Shown here piece by piece: positions 52,255 through 62,174 of a DNA stretch of 64,000 nucleotides. The notes beneath the pieces are model-generated. The model saw only the letters and a program-made list of their open reading frames with translations. It was not told where the DNA came from and ran no database searches. Position numbers and translations under genes: made by a program. Origin of the DNA: Gammaproteobacteria bacterium. Its GTDB lineage: Bacteria > Pseudomonadota > Gammaproteobacteria > Ga0077536. How positions within the stretch are numbered: position 1 is the first letter of the stretch; each line of letters begins with the position of its first letter. The DNA lies in NCBI GenBank assembly GCA_965217605.1, contig CBDCJB010000005.1, positions 1,942 to 65,941 on the forward strand, in the 5' to 3' direction.

Positions 52255-53106
52255 TCAGTCGATGTCCAGTCGGTAGGCATCCCTGTCCCTCACGATCTTA
52301 CCGGCGGTTGGCGTCGGAAAGTGCGTACCGATCACGAGCACCGGCCCATCGGCGTAGCGCTCGAAGAATTCACAGCGCGTCGCGCGCGACTGTGCTTGAT
52401 CGAAATCGACCTTCGCCGTCCACTCGGGATGCGCCAACTGGCAGGGGGAATGGGTCATATCGCCCGTAATCACGGCGTCTTCCCCCTTGGAGCTGATACG
52501 CACGCTGACGTGTCCGGGCGTATGGCCGGGCGTCGGCTCGAACCACACTTCATCAGTCAGCCGGTGATCCATCTCGACCAGTTTGGCTAGACCCGCATCG
52601 ACGATCGGCCGCACCGAGTCCTGCACGGCTGGTCCCATCTCGTCCTGCTCGTGTTGGCTCCAATAATCCCATTCCTGTTTAGCGAACACGTACTCGGCGT
52701 TGGGAAACGTAGGCACCCATTTGCCACCGACGAGCATGGTGTTCCATCCCACGTGATCGACGTGCAGATGCGTGCACATGACGGCATCGATCGACTCGCG
52801 CGGGAATCCCGCGGCGGCGATATCCGACAGGAACGGTCCGTCGCGCATGCCCCAACCTTCGACCAGCCGCTGCTTGTCGTTGCCGAGACAGGTATCGACG
52901 ATCATGCGGCGGCCCTTTGATTCGAGGAGCAAGGCATGGATGCTGAGCACCATATGGCCCTTGTCGGTCACGAAGTGGGGCTTGAGCCATTCGATGCTGA
53001 GCAGATCGGCCTTCGACACGCCCTCGAATAGAAACCGCGCCGACGTCGGCGCCTCCAACTCGACAACGCGCGCTACCGTGACGTCACCGATTTTCCATTT
53101 CAGCAT
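52255..53106 (-). CDS. Metallo-beta-lactamase fold hydrolase
   Basis: THLHVDHVGWN, PTFPNA, TPGHTPGH, TGDMTH, GTHF. Confidence 0.92.
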   Translation of the reverse strand: MLKWKIGDVTVARVVELEAPTSARFLFEGVSKADLLSIEWLKPHFVTDKGHMVLSIHALLLESKGRRMIVDTCLGNDKQRLVEGWGMRDGPFLSDIAAAGFPRESIDAVMCTHLHVDHVGWNTMLVGGKWVPTFPNAEYVFAKQEWDYWSQHEQDEMGPAVQDSVRPIVDAGLAKLVEMDHRLTDEVWFEPTPGHTPGHVSVRISSKGEDAVITGDMTHSPCQLAHPEWTAKVDFDQAQSRATRCEFFERYADGPVLVIGTHFPTPTAGKIVRDRDAYRLDID

Positions 53107-53170
53107 GGCGATTGACCCGTTTCGGAAGCGTCTGTTAGTGTCGTGGCACATACGCCGGAGAGCCCGACCC

Positions 53171-54928
53171 ATGCAACAGGCGGTACGTAAACCAGACGCA
53201 GGGAATGCGCGCACTGCGGATCCCATTACCCTCGACATCATACGCGGAAAGCTCGTCGCGACGGCCGATGAAATGGGCCTCGTCGTCGCCCGTACCAGCA
53301 TGAGCCCCGTGATCTACGAAGTGCTGGATTATGCCTGCGGCATCACCGACGCCGCGGGGCAGGTGATCAGCCAGACGAACGGGATCACCGTGTTCACGGG
53401 GACCTTCGCCGGCCACGTGCAAAACGTCCTCGACAAGTTCGATGGCCGGATGCAACCGGGCGACATCTATATGGCCAACGATCCCTATCGCGGCGGCACG
53501 CACCTATCGGACGTGGCGATCATCAAACCCGTCTTCGTCGAGGGCGAAGTGCTCGCCTTCGGCATTACGGTGGCCCACTGGACGGACGTCGGCGGCATGA
53601 CGCCGGGGTCGATGCCGATCGACGGCACGGAGATTCTTCACGAAGGGCTGCGCTTCACCGGCCTGCGGATCTACCGCGAGGGTGAACGCGCGGATGATCT
53701 GGTCGACCTCATCGTCGCCAACACGCGTCTGCCCAAGAATGCGCTGGGCGATCTGAATGCGAGCCTGGCCGCCGCGCGGATCGCAGACAAGCGCTTGCAG
53801 GAGATCTGCGCAAAGTACGGCGTCGAGCAAACGCGCAACGCCTTTGCGCACATATTGACGACGAGCGAGACGCTGAGCCGCGCAGCGATCCGAGCACTGC
53901 CTGACGGAACCTTCGAGGCCGAGGATTTCATCGACGGCGACGGCGTGAGTGACGTGCAATATCCGGTGCGGGTCAAGGTCACGATCGATGGCGACGATAT
54001 TCAATTCGACTTCACCGGCACCTGCGATCAGGTGCCGGGACCGGTGAACTGCGCGCGCGGCGCACTGTCGTCGGCCGTCAAGACCGCATTCAAGGCGCTC
54101 GTGGGGCCGCACGACCGCGGCAACGAGGGCTGGTTCCGGCCGGTGGAGATCGTCGTGCCCGACGGCACCGTGTTCAGCGCGACGCCACCGACGCCCGTCA
54201 GTTGGTATTTCGAAGCGGCGTGTTTCGCCTCCGAGCTGATCTGGAAAGCGCTCGCACCGATCGCGCCGGACCGCTACAGCGCGGGGTCCTATCTCAGCCT
54301 GTGCGCGACCGTCATCGCGGGCAGCGAGCCACACAGTGGCGATCCCTTCGTGTTGATCGAACCGCACATGGGGGGGTGGGGCGCGGCCGACGGCCAGGAT
54401 GGCACGAGTGCCCTGGTCGGGCTCATGGACGGCGACACCTATAACTATTCCGTCGAATTGCTGGAAGCGAAATTTCCGCTGCTATGCCGCCGCTATGCGC
54501 TCAACACCGAGGACGGCACCGGCGCCGGACGATATCGTGGCGGCTACGGCACGGTGCGCGACTACGAAATGGTCGCCAATGACAGCATCACCTATGTGAG
54601 CATGGGCCGTTCGATCGAACGTCCCTGGGGGCTCGACGGTGGCGGTAAAGGCACGACCAACTACGTGCGGATCAAGACCGACGGCGCAGTGCAACGCGGC
54701 GCGCGCGTGCCGTCGACCGCGATGGCGCAGGGCGACGTGATCTCGATCGTCACCGGCGGCGGTGGCGGCTACGGCGATCCATTGGAGCGGCCGGCCGAGG
54801 ATGTCCACGCCGATGTGATCGACGGTTATCTCACCGCTGAGCGCGCCGAGGCGGAATACGGTGTTGTGATCGGAGGCGACGGCGCCGTCGACGCCCGGGC
54901 TTCGCAAGCGCTGCGCGAGAAACCTTAA
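53171..54928 (+). CDS. Hydantoinase B/oxoprolinase subunit
   Basis: DPITLDIIR, SPVIYEVLDY, NDPYRGGTHLSD, HWTDVGG, GGGGGYGDP. Confidence 0.93.
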   Translation: MQQAVRKPDAGNARTADPITLDIIRGKLVATADEMGLVVARTSMSPVIYEVLDYACGITDAAGQVISQTNGITVFTGTFAGHVQNVLDKFDGRMQPGDIYMANDPYRGGTHLSDVAIIKPVFVEGEVLAFGITVAHWTDVGGMTPGSMPIDGTEILHEGLRFTGLRIYREGERADDLVDLIVANTRLPKNALGDLNASLAAARIADKRLQEICAKYGVEQTRNAFAHILTTSETLSRAAIRALPDGTFEAEDFIDGDGVSDVQYPVRVKVTIDGDDIQFDFTGTCDQVPGPVNCARGALSSAVKTAFKALVGPHDRGNEGWFRPVEIVVPDGTVFSATPPTPVSWYFEAACFASELIWKALAPIAPDRYSAGSYLSLCATVIAGSEPHSGDPFVLIEPHMGGWGAADGQDGTSALVGLMDGDTYNYSVELLEAKFPLLCRRYALNTEDGTGAGRYRGGYGTVRDYEMVANDSITYVSMGRSIERPWGLDGGGKGTTNYVRIKTDGAVQRGARVPSTAMAQGDVISIVTGGGGGYGDPLERPAEDVHADVIDGYLTAERAEAEYGVVIGGDGAVDARASQALREKP

Positions 54929-54940
54929 CCGGCGCCCCCA

Positions 54941-56986
54941 ATGGGACGGCTGGCGACCGACATCGGCGGGACGTTTTCGGATCTCGTTTACTTCGATGAA
55001 GCCACGGGCCTGCTCGAGACCACCAAAGCGCTGACTACGCCACGCGAACTCACTCGAGGCGTCATCAATACGATCGAATTGTCCGGTCTCGATCCGAGCC
55101 AGGTGACCTTCTTCGTCCACGGCGGCACGACCGTCATTAACGCGGTGACGGAACGCAAGGGCGTCAAAACGGCGCTGATTTCAACCGCGGGTTTCCGTGA
55201 CGTGCTGGAGATCGCGCGCGGCAACCGGCCGGACATGTATAACTTCCGATTTCAAAAACCGGTGCCGTTCGTACCGCGGCGTTTGCGATTCGAGGTGCGT
55301 GAGCGCGTCGACGCCGAGGGCAAGGTACGCGACCCGCTCCAGCTCCAAGACCTCGATCCGATCATCGAAGTCTGCCGCGACGCGGATGTAAAGGCGATCG
55401 CCATACAGTTCCTGCACAGCTATATCGCCTTCGATCACGAGATCCGCTGTGCGGAGTACTTACGCGAACGTTTACCGGGGGTTGCGGTCACGGCCTCGCA
55501 CGAGATTACACGGGAATGGCGGGAGTTCGAGCGCGCCAACACGACGGTGCTCAACGCCTATGTCCAGCCTATTGTGCAGCGGTATTTCGACACGCTTGAA
55601 GCCGCGCTGGCGGGCTTGGGCGTCGCGTGTCCATTTACCGCGATGCAGTCGAACGGCGGTACGACGAGCTTCCAATGGGCCAAGCAACGACCCATCACGT
55701 TGATCGAATCCGGACCGGCGGCCGGCATGAACGGCGCGGCCCTCGTCGGCGCGCTGTCGGGTGAGCGCGACGTGATCTATCTCGACATCGGCGGCACGAC
55801 CGCGAAATGCGCGGTGATCGAGGACAACAAACCCAAGGTGACGACCGAGTACAAACTCGAATGGTCGCCGCGCAATCCCGGTTATCCCGTGCGCGTGCCG
55901 GTGGCCGACATCGTCGAGATCGGCAGCGGCGGCGGCTCCATCGCCTGGTTCGACGCCGCCGGATCGCTGCACGTCGGGCCCCAGAGCGCCGGCGCCGATC
56001 CCGGTCCCGCGAGTTACGCACTAGGCGGTGAAGATCCCACGGTGACCGATGCGAAGCTCCTGACCGGCGTGCTCGACCCCGATTATTTCGCCGGTGGGCA
56101 GATCAAGCTCGACGTCGATCGCGCGCGCCGGGCGATGCAACAGGTCGCCGATCGGTTGAAGGTGCGCGTCGAGCAAGCCGCGATCGCCGTGATCCGCGTT
56201 GCGGACGCCAACATGATCAACGCACTCAAATTGGTGTCGATCCAACGCGGCTACGATCCGCGCGACTTCGTGCTCATCGCGGCGGGCGGTGGCGGCCCGA
56301 TGCACGCAGCACCGCTCGGGCGCGAGCTCGGCGTCAAAGCGATCGTCATCCCGCGCTATCCAGGCTATTTCTCCGCCTGGGGCATGCTCGCCACCGAGCC
56401 GCGCGGGGATTTCATTCAAACGAAGCTCAGCCGCGACACCGATACCGCGATCGAACAAGTACGTGACGTATTCGAAGCGCTGGAGGCCGAAGCGAAGACG
56501 TATTTTCAAAGTGATGAGAGCATTGCGGGCGCCGATCTCAAATACGAACGCAGCATTGATCTCCGCTATCTGGGACAGGAGCACTCCGTTACCGTCGAGC
56601 TCGACCCCGAACAAACGAGCGTGGATGCAATCCTGGTCGACTTCCACGCCGCACACGAACGCGCTTACACCTTTCGTTTAGACGATACACCGGTCGAGTT
56701 CGTGACCTTCCGGCTCGCAGCGACGGCGCGCGTCCCGCTGCCCGAGCTGAATCCGATCGGGACGGATGGACGCAGCGATGCCGCGGCGCTCAAGGGCCGC
56801 CGCACAGTTGATTTAGGTGAGGACGGCAAGCACGAGGCCGCGGTCTACGAACGTGACTTGTTGCCGCCCGGTTTTTCGGGTGACGGACCACTCATCGTCG
56901 AGGAGCCGTCATCGAATACGCTCGTGCACCCCGGGCAACGCCTCACGGTTGACGAGTTAGGCTTTCTACATATTACCGAGCGCTGA
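54941..56986 (+). CDS. Hydantoinase A/oxoprolinase ATP-binding subunit
   Basis: TDIGGTFSD, REFERANTT, ESGPAAG, DIGGTTAK, SAGADPGP. Confidence 0.93.
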   Translation: MGRLATDIGGTFSDLVYFDEATGLLETTKALTTPRELTRGVINTIELSGLDPSQVTFFVHGGTTVINAVTERKGVKTALISTAGFRDVLEIARGNRPDMYNFRFQKPVPFVPRRLRFEVRERVDAEGKVRDPLQLQDLDPIIEVCRDADVKAIAIQFLHSYIAFDHEIRCAEYLRERLPGVAVTASHEITREWREFERANTTVLNAYVQPIVQRYFDTLEAALAGLGVACPFTAMQSNGGTTSFQWAKQRPITLIESGPAAGMNGAALVGALSGERDVIYLDIGGTTAKCAVIEDNKPKVTTEYKLEWSPRNPGYPVRVPVADIVEIGSGGGSIAWFDAAGSLHVGPQSAGADPGPASYALGGEDPTVTDAKLLTGVLDPDYFAGGQIKLDVDRARRAMQQVADRLKVRVEQAAIAVIRVADANMINALKLVSIQRGYDPRDFVLIAAGGGGPMHAAPLGRELGVKAIVIPRYPGYFSAWGMLATEPRGDFIQTKLSRDTDTAIEQVRDVFEALEAEAKTYFQSDESIAGADLKYERSIDLRYLGQEHSVTVELDPEQTSVDAILVDFHAAHERAYTFRLDDTPVEFVTFRLAATARVPLPELNPIGTDGRSDAAALKGRRTVDLGEDGKHEAAVYERDLLPPGFSGDGPLIVEEPSSNTLVHPGQRLTVDELGFLHITER

Positions 56987-56987
56987 C

Positions 56988-57167
56988 TATTCGTCCGCAA
57001 GCGGGCTCCTACGGTGTGTATGAATCGTTTCGTGCCCGCCATCCATGGCGTTACGCCGCGAACTTCGATTTAACCCGGCCCGGCCATCCGTGGCCGGGCG
57101 TTCGCCGGGAGGAAGCCATGTTAAATGGCTTCCTCTTTATTCCGGCTCACCCGCTTGCGGGCGAATA
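56988..57167. repeat. 180-bp multi-hairpin element bounded by inverted REP family B arms
   Basis: TATTCGTCCGCAAGCGGG / CCCGCTTGCGGGCGAATA (17/18); internal hairpins 57037-50, 57078-99, 57109-35. Confidence 0.7.
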
Positions 57168-57190
57168 AGGCCATACGGAGCTTTTCACAA

Positions 57191-58363
57191 ATGACGAAAC
57201 CCCATATCCACTTCACCCGCGAAGAATTCGCCGAGCGTCAGGGCAAAGTCCGGCAACGGCTCAGCGCCTTGAACCTCGACGGGTTATTGCTTTTCAAGAT
57301 CGAAGACATGTACTGGCTATGCGGATTCGAATCCGACGGCTTTTGCATCTTCAATAACCTGTTCATCGGCACCGAAGGCGGCATGACCCACGTCGCGCGA
57401 CCGGCCGATCTCGCGAATATCAGCTATTCGTCGATCTGTGAAGACGTGCGCATCTCGCCCGATTCAGAGCACCTCACCCGCTCGGCGGCGATCAAGGACA
57501 TGCTGGATTCGCATGGCATGCAAGGCAAGCGCATAGGCATTCAGGTCGACACCATGGGTTTGACGCCACGCCTGTTTCTCGAGATCCAAGACGCGCTGTC
57601 GGGTTGGTGCGAACTCGTCATCGCACCGGACTTCATTCGCGAGCTGCGGCTCGTCAAGAGCCCGAAAGAGCTCGGTTACTTCCGCAAGGCGGGGCAGATC
57701 ATGGGCGCCGTGATGAACAAAGTCATCCACGCAACTTACCCTGGCGCATTCGAGGGCGATATCTACGCGACCTTCTACGACAGCCTGTTTCGGCAGGATG
57801 CGGATCTGCCCGCACATATCCCACCGTTTGGCAGCGGCGAATCCGCGCTCAACCTGCGCTATACCTCAGGGCGCAAGCACGTCCTCGAAAACGACCAGGT
57901 TACGCTCGAACTCGGATTGGCCTACCGGCATTACCATGCGGCGTGCATGTGTGTCGTGCTGACCGGGCCGGACGTCGATGATCGCCATCTGAACATGCAA
58001 GCCGCGAGCGTCGCCGCGCTGGACGCCGTGCAAGCAAAGCTGCGTGCCGGCAATACCGTCGGCGATCTATACGATGCTTATCGCGAGACCCTGATCGAAC
58101 ATGGCCATGAGGACGGCGTACTGACCGTCTGTGGATACACCATGGGTGCGGCCTGGCCGCCGACCTGGATGGAACAACCCTTGATCTTCGAAGGCAACCC
58201 GACCGTGCTCGAACCGAACATGACGTTTTTCACGCATATGATCCTGAACGACCGCAAAGCGGGTTTGTCGATGGCCGTCGGCGAGCAGGGCATCGTGACC
58301 GAGGATGCGCCCGAGATCATCACCCATGCGCCGCGCGAGCCGGTCATTGCGGAGCCGCGCTGA
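57191..58363 (+). CDS. M24 family (Xaa-Pro/creatinase/ectoine hydrolase-like) protein
   Basis: FTREEFAER, LRLVKSPKEL, YRHYHA, CGYTMG, LEPNMTFFTH. Confidence 0.85.
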   Translation: MTKPHIHFTREEFAERQGKVRQRLSALNLDGLLLFKIEDMYWLCGFESDGFCIFNNLFIGTEGGMTHVARPADLANISYSSICEDVRISPDSEHLTRSAAIKDMLDSHGMQGKRIGIQVDTMGLTPRLFLEIQDALSGWCELVIAPDFIRELRLVKSPKELGYFRKAGQIMGAVMNKVIHATYPGAFEGDIYATFYDSLFRQDADLPAHIPPFGSGESALNLRYTSGRKHVLENDQVTLELGLAYRHYHAACMCVVLTGPDVDDRHLNMQAASVAALDAVQAKLRAGNTVGDLYDAYRETLIEHGHEDGVLTVCGYTMGAAWPPTWMEQPLIFEGNPTVLEPNMTFFTHMILNDRKAGLSMAVGEQGIVTEDAPEIITHAPREPVIAEPR

Positions 58364-58439
58364 TAAACGCCATACTCTGAACTGATCGAGCAGAAACGAT
58401 CAGGCCAATCGGCCGGATCTTCGAACGAGAGGATTCCCT

Positions 58440-59270
58440 ATGAGTTACGTCGACGTTATCGACAAAGTCGAAATTCCGAAACCAGACAGGCACTACACCA
58501 AACCTTCGTTCGAAGAAACGCTCGGCCTCCCGGTCGCTTACCGGCGCGAGGGTTCGGGCGAGGCCGTCGTCTTCCTGCACGGCGCGGGCTATACGCGCCG
58601 TTGGCTTCCCATGTATCAGATGATGGCGGCCCGTGTCGATTTCATCGCGCCCGAGGCCCCGGGTTTCGGTGAAACGCAGCTGCCGGCCTCATTCCGGGAT
58701 TTCAATGATCTGGTCATCCTCTACGATCAGTTTCTCGATCAGCTCGAGGTAGACGCCATCCATCTCATCGGTTATTCCATGGGCGGTTGGGCCGCGGCGG
58801 AATTCGCCTCGTATTATCCGCGCCGCCTCAAGAGCCTGAGCTTGATCACACCGATTGGCCTGCGTCTGGAAGACAATCCCGGCGTCGATATGTTCCAACT
58901 GCAACCTGAAGAACTCATGGATCGGCTCTTCAACGACAAGGCGGTGATGCAGGAGTACCTGCCCGATCCGGACGATTTCGACGAAGGCATTCACCTTTAC
59001 GCCGAATTCAGCGCGGCTGCCCGCCTGATCTGGGCGCCGCGTTACAACCTCGCGCTCGAACGCCGGCTCAAACGATTGCCGTGCCCGAGTCTGGTCGTGC
59101 GCGCCGAGGACGATCGCCTGGTGCCGAACGAGATGGCCGAAAAGTTTGCCGAAGTATTGCCGTCGAGCCGCCTCGAAACGATCCCTGAAACCGGCCACGA
59201 AGTGTGCCTGGAACGGCCCGAGCAACTCACCGACGTCCTACTTCGCTTCATTGAGGAGGCATCGCAATGA
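58440..59270 (+). CDS. Alpha/beta hydrolase
   Basis: FLHGAG, PGFG, GYSMGG nucleophile elbow, DRLVP, GH. Confidence 0.9.
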   Translation: MSYVDVIDKVEIPKPDRHYTKPSFEETLGLPVAYRREGSGEAVVFLHGAGYTRRWLPMYQMMAARVDFIAPEAPGFGETQLPASFRDFNDLVILYDQFLDQLEVDAIHLIGYSMGGWAAAEFASYYPRRLKSLSLITPIGLRLEDNPGVDMFQLQPEELMDRLFNDKAVMQEYLPDPDDFDEGIHLYAEFSAAARLIWAPRYNLALERRLKRLPCPSLVVRAEDDRLVPNEMAEKFAEVLPSSRLETIPETGHEVCLERPEQLTDVLLRFIEEASQ

Positions 59271-60634
59271 ACAAGCTGCGTTTCTATTTTCTTCATTTAA
59301 TGCCTTATCCGTTCATTCCCCCGGTCGATGACTATGATTCCTGTTGGGTGAGCCTGTCGAACGAGCACTACGATCCGCATCGCGGTCAAATTCTGTACAA
59401 CGAGTATCTCGACCAGCTGGCGGCTGCTGAGCGTTACGGTTTCGACGGCGCGATCGTCAACGAGCATCACGCCAACTACTACGGCACGATGCCTGCACCG
59501 AACATCATCGCGGCGATGTTGATCAAGATGACCTCACGCCTTCCTATCGGTATCGTCGGCAACGCGATCCCGCTGCACGGTAATCCGTTACGCGTCGCCG
59601 AAGAAATCGCTATGCTCGATGTCATTTCCGGGGGGCGCATCATTTCGGGGTTCGTCCGCGGGATCGGCTGCGAGTATTTCAACAACGACGTCGTGCCGGC
59701 GGACTCGGTGGATCGCTTCAACGAAGCGCACGACCTCATCATCAAGGCGTGGACCGAGGACGGCCCGTTCACCTGGCAGGGCGATCATTTCTATGTGCCG
59801 AACGTAAACCCGATCCCACGGCCCATTCAGAAACCATACCCGCCGATCTGGATTCCGGGCCAGGGGTCGCTGGAGACGCTGAAGCTGATCGCCAAACACC
59901 GGCATACCTACATGATGATCTATGCGCCGCAGTGGTTTACGAAGATGGCCTTCGACGGCTTGCGCGAGGAATGCAAGCGGGTCGGATACGACGCACCGAA
60001 AAGCATGTTCAACGCCGCGGTGCCGACCTACGTCGCGGAGACCGACGCGCAGGCGCACCGCGAAGCCAAAGCGCACCTGTCGTGGTTGTTCAACACCGGC
60101 CTCAAGATCCCGACGGCTACCTATTTCCCGCCCGGCTATATGACGACCAAGTCTTATCGCAATTTCGCCGGCCTGTTGAAAAAGGGCCGGGTCAAGCCGC
60201 AATACCAGGTGAGCTATCACGATATGCTCAGGGAGAAATATATCTTCGTCGGCTCTCCGGAGACGGTGAAGAACCTGCTCGGTGAATACTGCGACGACAT
60301 CGGCGCGGGCGGCATCCTGAACGTCGGCTCGGCCTTTGGTCCGATGCCGAGCTGGATGGTCTACAAGAATATGCAGATCACCGCCGAGGAGGTCATACCG
60401 GAATTCCGCGAAGCGGACGGCAAACCCGATTACCTGCGGGAAGAACCATTGACTGCGTCGACCCGCGCCGGATTCGCGGCGCAGAGCGGCCGGCCGCCGG
60501 AAGAAGCGCGCTCGAAGGTCACCGGCCTCGACGAACTCGTCGATCACCGCTTTGCCCACGTACCGGAAGTGATCGATTCCTCGATGCTGGCGCCGGAAGA
60601 AGAAAGCGAGGAATTCCGGGCATGGGGTAGCTAG
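59267..60634 (+). CDS. LLM-class flavin-dependent monooxygenase
   Basis: NEHH, MPAPN, PLRVAEEIAMLDVISGGR, PRPIQKPYPPIW, VGSPETV. Confidence 0.9.
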   Translation: MNKLRFYFLHLMPYPFIPPVDDYDSCWVSLSNEHYDPHRGQILYNEYLDQLAAAERYGFDGAIVNEHHANYYGTMPAPNIIAAMLIKMTSRLPIGIVGNAIPLHGNPLRVAEEIAMLDVISGGRIISGFVRGIGCEYFNNDVVPADSVDRFNEAHDLIIKAWTEDGPFTWQGDHFYVPNVNPIPRPIQKPYPPIWIPGQGSLETLKLIAKHRHTYMMIYAPQWFTKMAFDGLREECKRVGYDAPKSMFNAAVPTYVAETDAQAHREAKAHLSWLFNTGLKIPTATYFPPGYMTTKSYRNFAGLLKKGRVKPQYQVSYHDMLREKYIFVGSPETVKNLLGEYCDDIGAGGILNVGSAFGPMPSWMVYKNMQITAEEVIPEFREADGKPDYLREEPLTASTRAGFAAQSGRPPEEARSKVTGLDELVDHRFAHVPEVIDSSMLAPEEESEEFRAWGS

Positions 60635-60661
60635 CTGGCGATCGCGGGACGATAATTAAAG

Positions 60662-61585
60662 ATGATGCAAAAGGACAAGACCAACCAGGGGTATAAGTAC
60701 CAACCCAAGCACGTTGACGAGATCATTGTGCGGCCGTTCGCGTTCGAGTTCCCGGATGACCTCGACCCGGTTTGGGCGCCGGAGCATGTCGTGCGTTCTC
60801 ATTTGTTCAACGGTTTTTCGTTGACCATGCCGTATTTGGAGCCGTACCTCATCAAAACGATGCACGAGGCCACCCAACACGTCAGCGATCCGGCATTACT
60901 CGAAGACATGAGGGGATTCAACGGCCAGGAGTCGCGCCATTACGAATGCCACGCGCGCCTGAACAAACTGTTGAGGACCAACGGTTATCCCGAGTTCGCC
61001 ACTGTCGAGGCGCGGCTCGCAGCCACCTTCGACCGCGTATCGAAGATGAGCTTGCGCACGCGCCTCGCCTACAGCGCCGGGTTCGAGTGCATGACCAATG
61101 GGTTCACCAATTGGTTCATCAACAAGCGCACGGAACTTTTTGGCGGCACAAACCCGCACATCGCCTCGTTCTGGCTGATGCATATGATCGAAGAGACCGA
61201 ACACAAGACGGCGGCATTCGATGCTTACATGGCCTATTCAGGCCAATACCTACCTCGAGCCTTCGGCGTCTTCCATGGCTCGAGTCACGTGCTTGCATAC
61301 GGTGTAGTCGGCATGTTTACCGCACTCAAAAAAGACGGCACGCTCTACAAACCAAAAGTTATGCTCGACGTGTGTCGTGAACTCTGGTCGGTCGCGCGTC
61401 ACATCGTCCCGTTTATGCTGCGTGCGTTACTGCCATGGCACGATCCGCGGTGCGAAAGCGATCCGCAGTGGATGAAAGACTGGATCGCCGGGCACGCGAC
61501 GCTGCCGAGCGGCGCGCTGATTCCACTCGTCGATACGAACGACCCTGAGATACCGGTGCCTTTCCCGGCACCACAAACCGACTGA
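60662..61585 (+). CDS. Predicted metal-dependent hydrolase family protein (ferritin-like ExxH motifs)
   Basis: FNGFSLTMPYLE, FNGQESRH, HMIEETEHK, LPWHDP. Confidence 0.82.
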   Translation: MMQKDKTNQGYKYQPKHVDEIIVRPFAFEFPDDLDPVWAPEHVVRSHLFNGFSLTMPYLEPYLIKTMHEATQHVSDPALLEDMRGFNGQESRHYECHARLNKLLRTNGYPEFATVEARLAATFDRVSKMSLRTRLAYSAGFECMTNGFTNWFINKRTELFGGTNPHIASFWLMHMIEETEHKTAAFDAYMAYSGQYLPRAFGVFHGSSHVLAYGVVGMFTALKKDGTLYKPKVMLDVCRELWSVARHIVPFMLRALLPWHDPRCESDPQWMKDWIAGHATLPSGALIPLVDTNDPEIPVPFPAPQTD

Positions 61586-61590
61586 ACAAT

Positions 61591-61664
61591 GTAGCCTGGA
61601 TGAAGCGTAGCGGGATCCGGGCCGCGCTGAGTTCCCGGATTCCGCTACGCTTCATCCAGGCTAC
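61591..61664. repeat. REP family A pair (GTAG ends outward)
   Basis: GTAGCCTGGATGAAGCGTAGCGGGATCCGGG / CCCGGATTCCGCTACGCTTCATCCAGGCTAC, 30/31 match. Confidence 0.9.
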
Positions 61665-61681
61665 GTCGGGAGAGAAACATC

Positions 61682-62155
61682 ATGGAGCGCCTGCAAAGAA
61701 TCATGATTGGAAACGGGTTGCTGGTCGTCCTGGCTGCGATGCTGGCCGGGTTCATGTTGATGTTTTCGCTGATCGGCGGCATGGAGATCTGGCCGGGCAA
61801 GATCATCGCCTTCGAGGTCTACGGTACGAACGACGGCTGGGTGCGCGCGCATTCCGGCGGCGTAACCAACGGCCTGCTAGTCATCGTGGTTGCTCTGGCC
61901 TTGCCGACGCTGCGGTTGAGTCCGCTGATGGAGCGCGTCACGGCCTGGGGGTTCATCTATATCGCCTGGTCCTTCACGTTCTTCTACTGGGTGGGGAATG
62001 CGGCGGGCAATCGGGGCCTGACCCTCGGCGACAGCCAGCTTGGACAGACGGACCTACTCAGCGTCATCAGTTTCTTACCCGGTTTACCGAGCGTGTTCCT
62101 CGTCGTCTATCTTTTATACGTTGCGTCCAGGAGCGTGTTGTCACGCACCGCTTAA
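61682..62155 (+). CDS. Styrene-oxide isomerase (StyC)-like membrane protein
   Basis: GGMEIWPG, GWVRAHSG, NG, FFY, NRGLTLG match recalled StyC motifs; 4 TM. Confidence 0.85.
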   Translation: MERLQRIMIGNGLLVVLAAMLAGFMLMFSLIGGMEIWPGKIIAFEVYGTNDGWVRAHSGGVTNGLLVIVVALALPTLRLSPLMERVTAWGFIYIAWSFTFFYWVGNAAGNRGLTLGDSQLGQTDLLSVISFLPGLPSVFLVVYLLYVASRSVLSRTA

Positions 62156-62174
62156 CACATAAAAAGGAAAGAAC

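Noticed and set aside
52772-53301. Apparent long head-to-head overlap of MBL and hydantoinase B
   Set aside because: Artefact of longest-ORF starts; likely starts are 53106 and 53171
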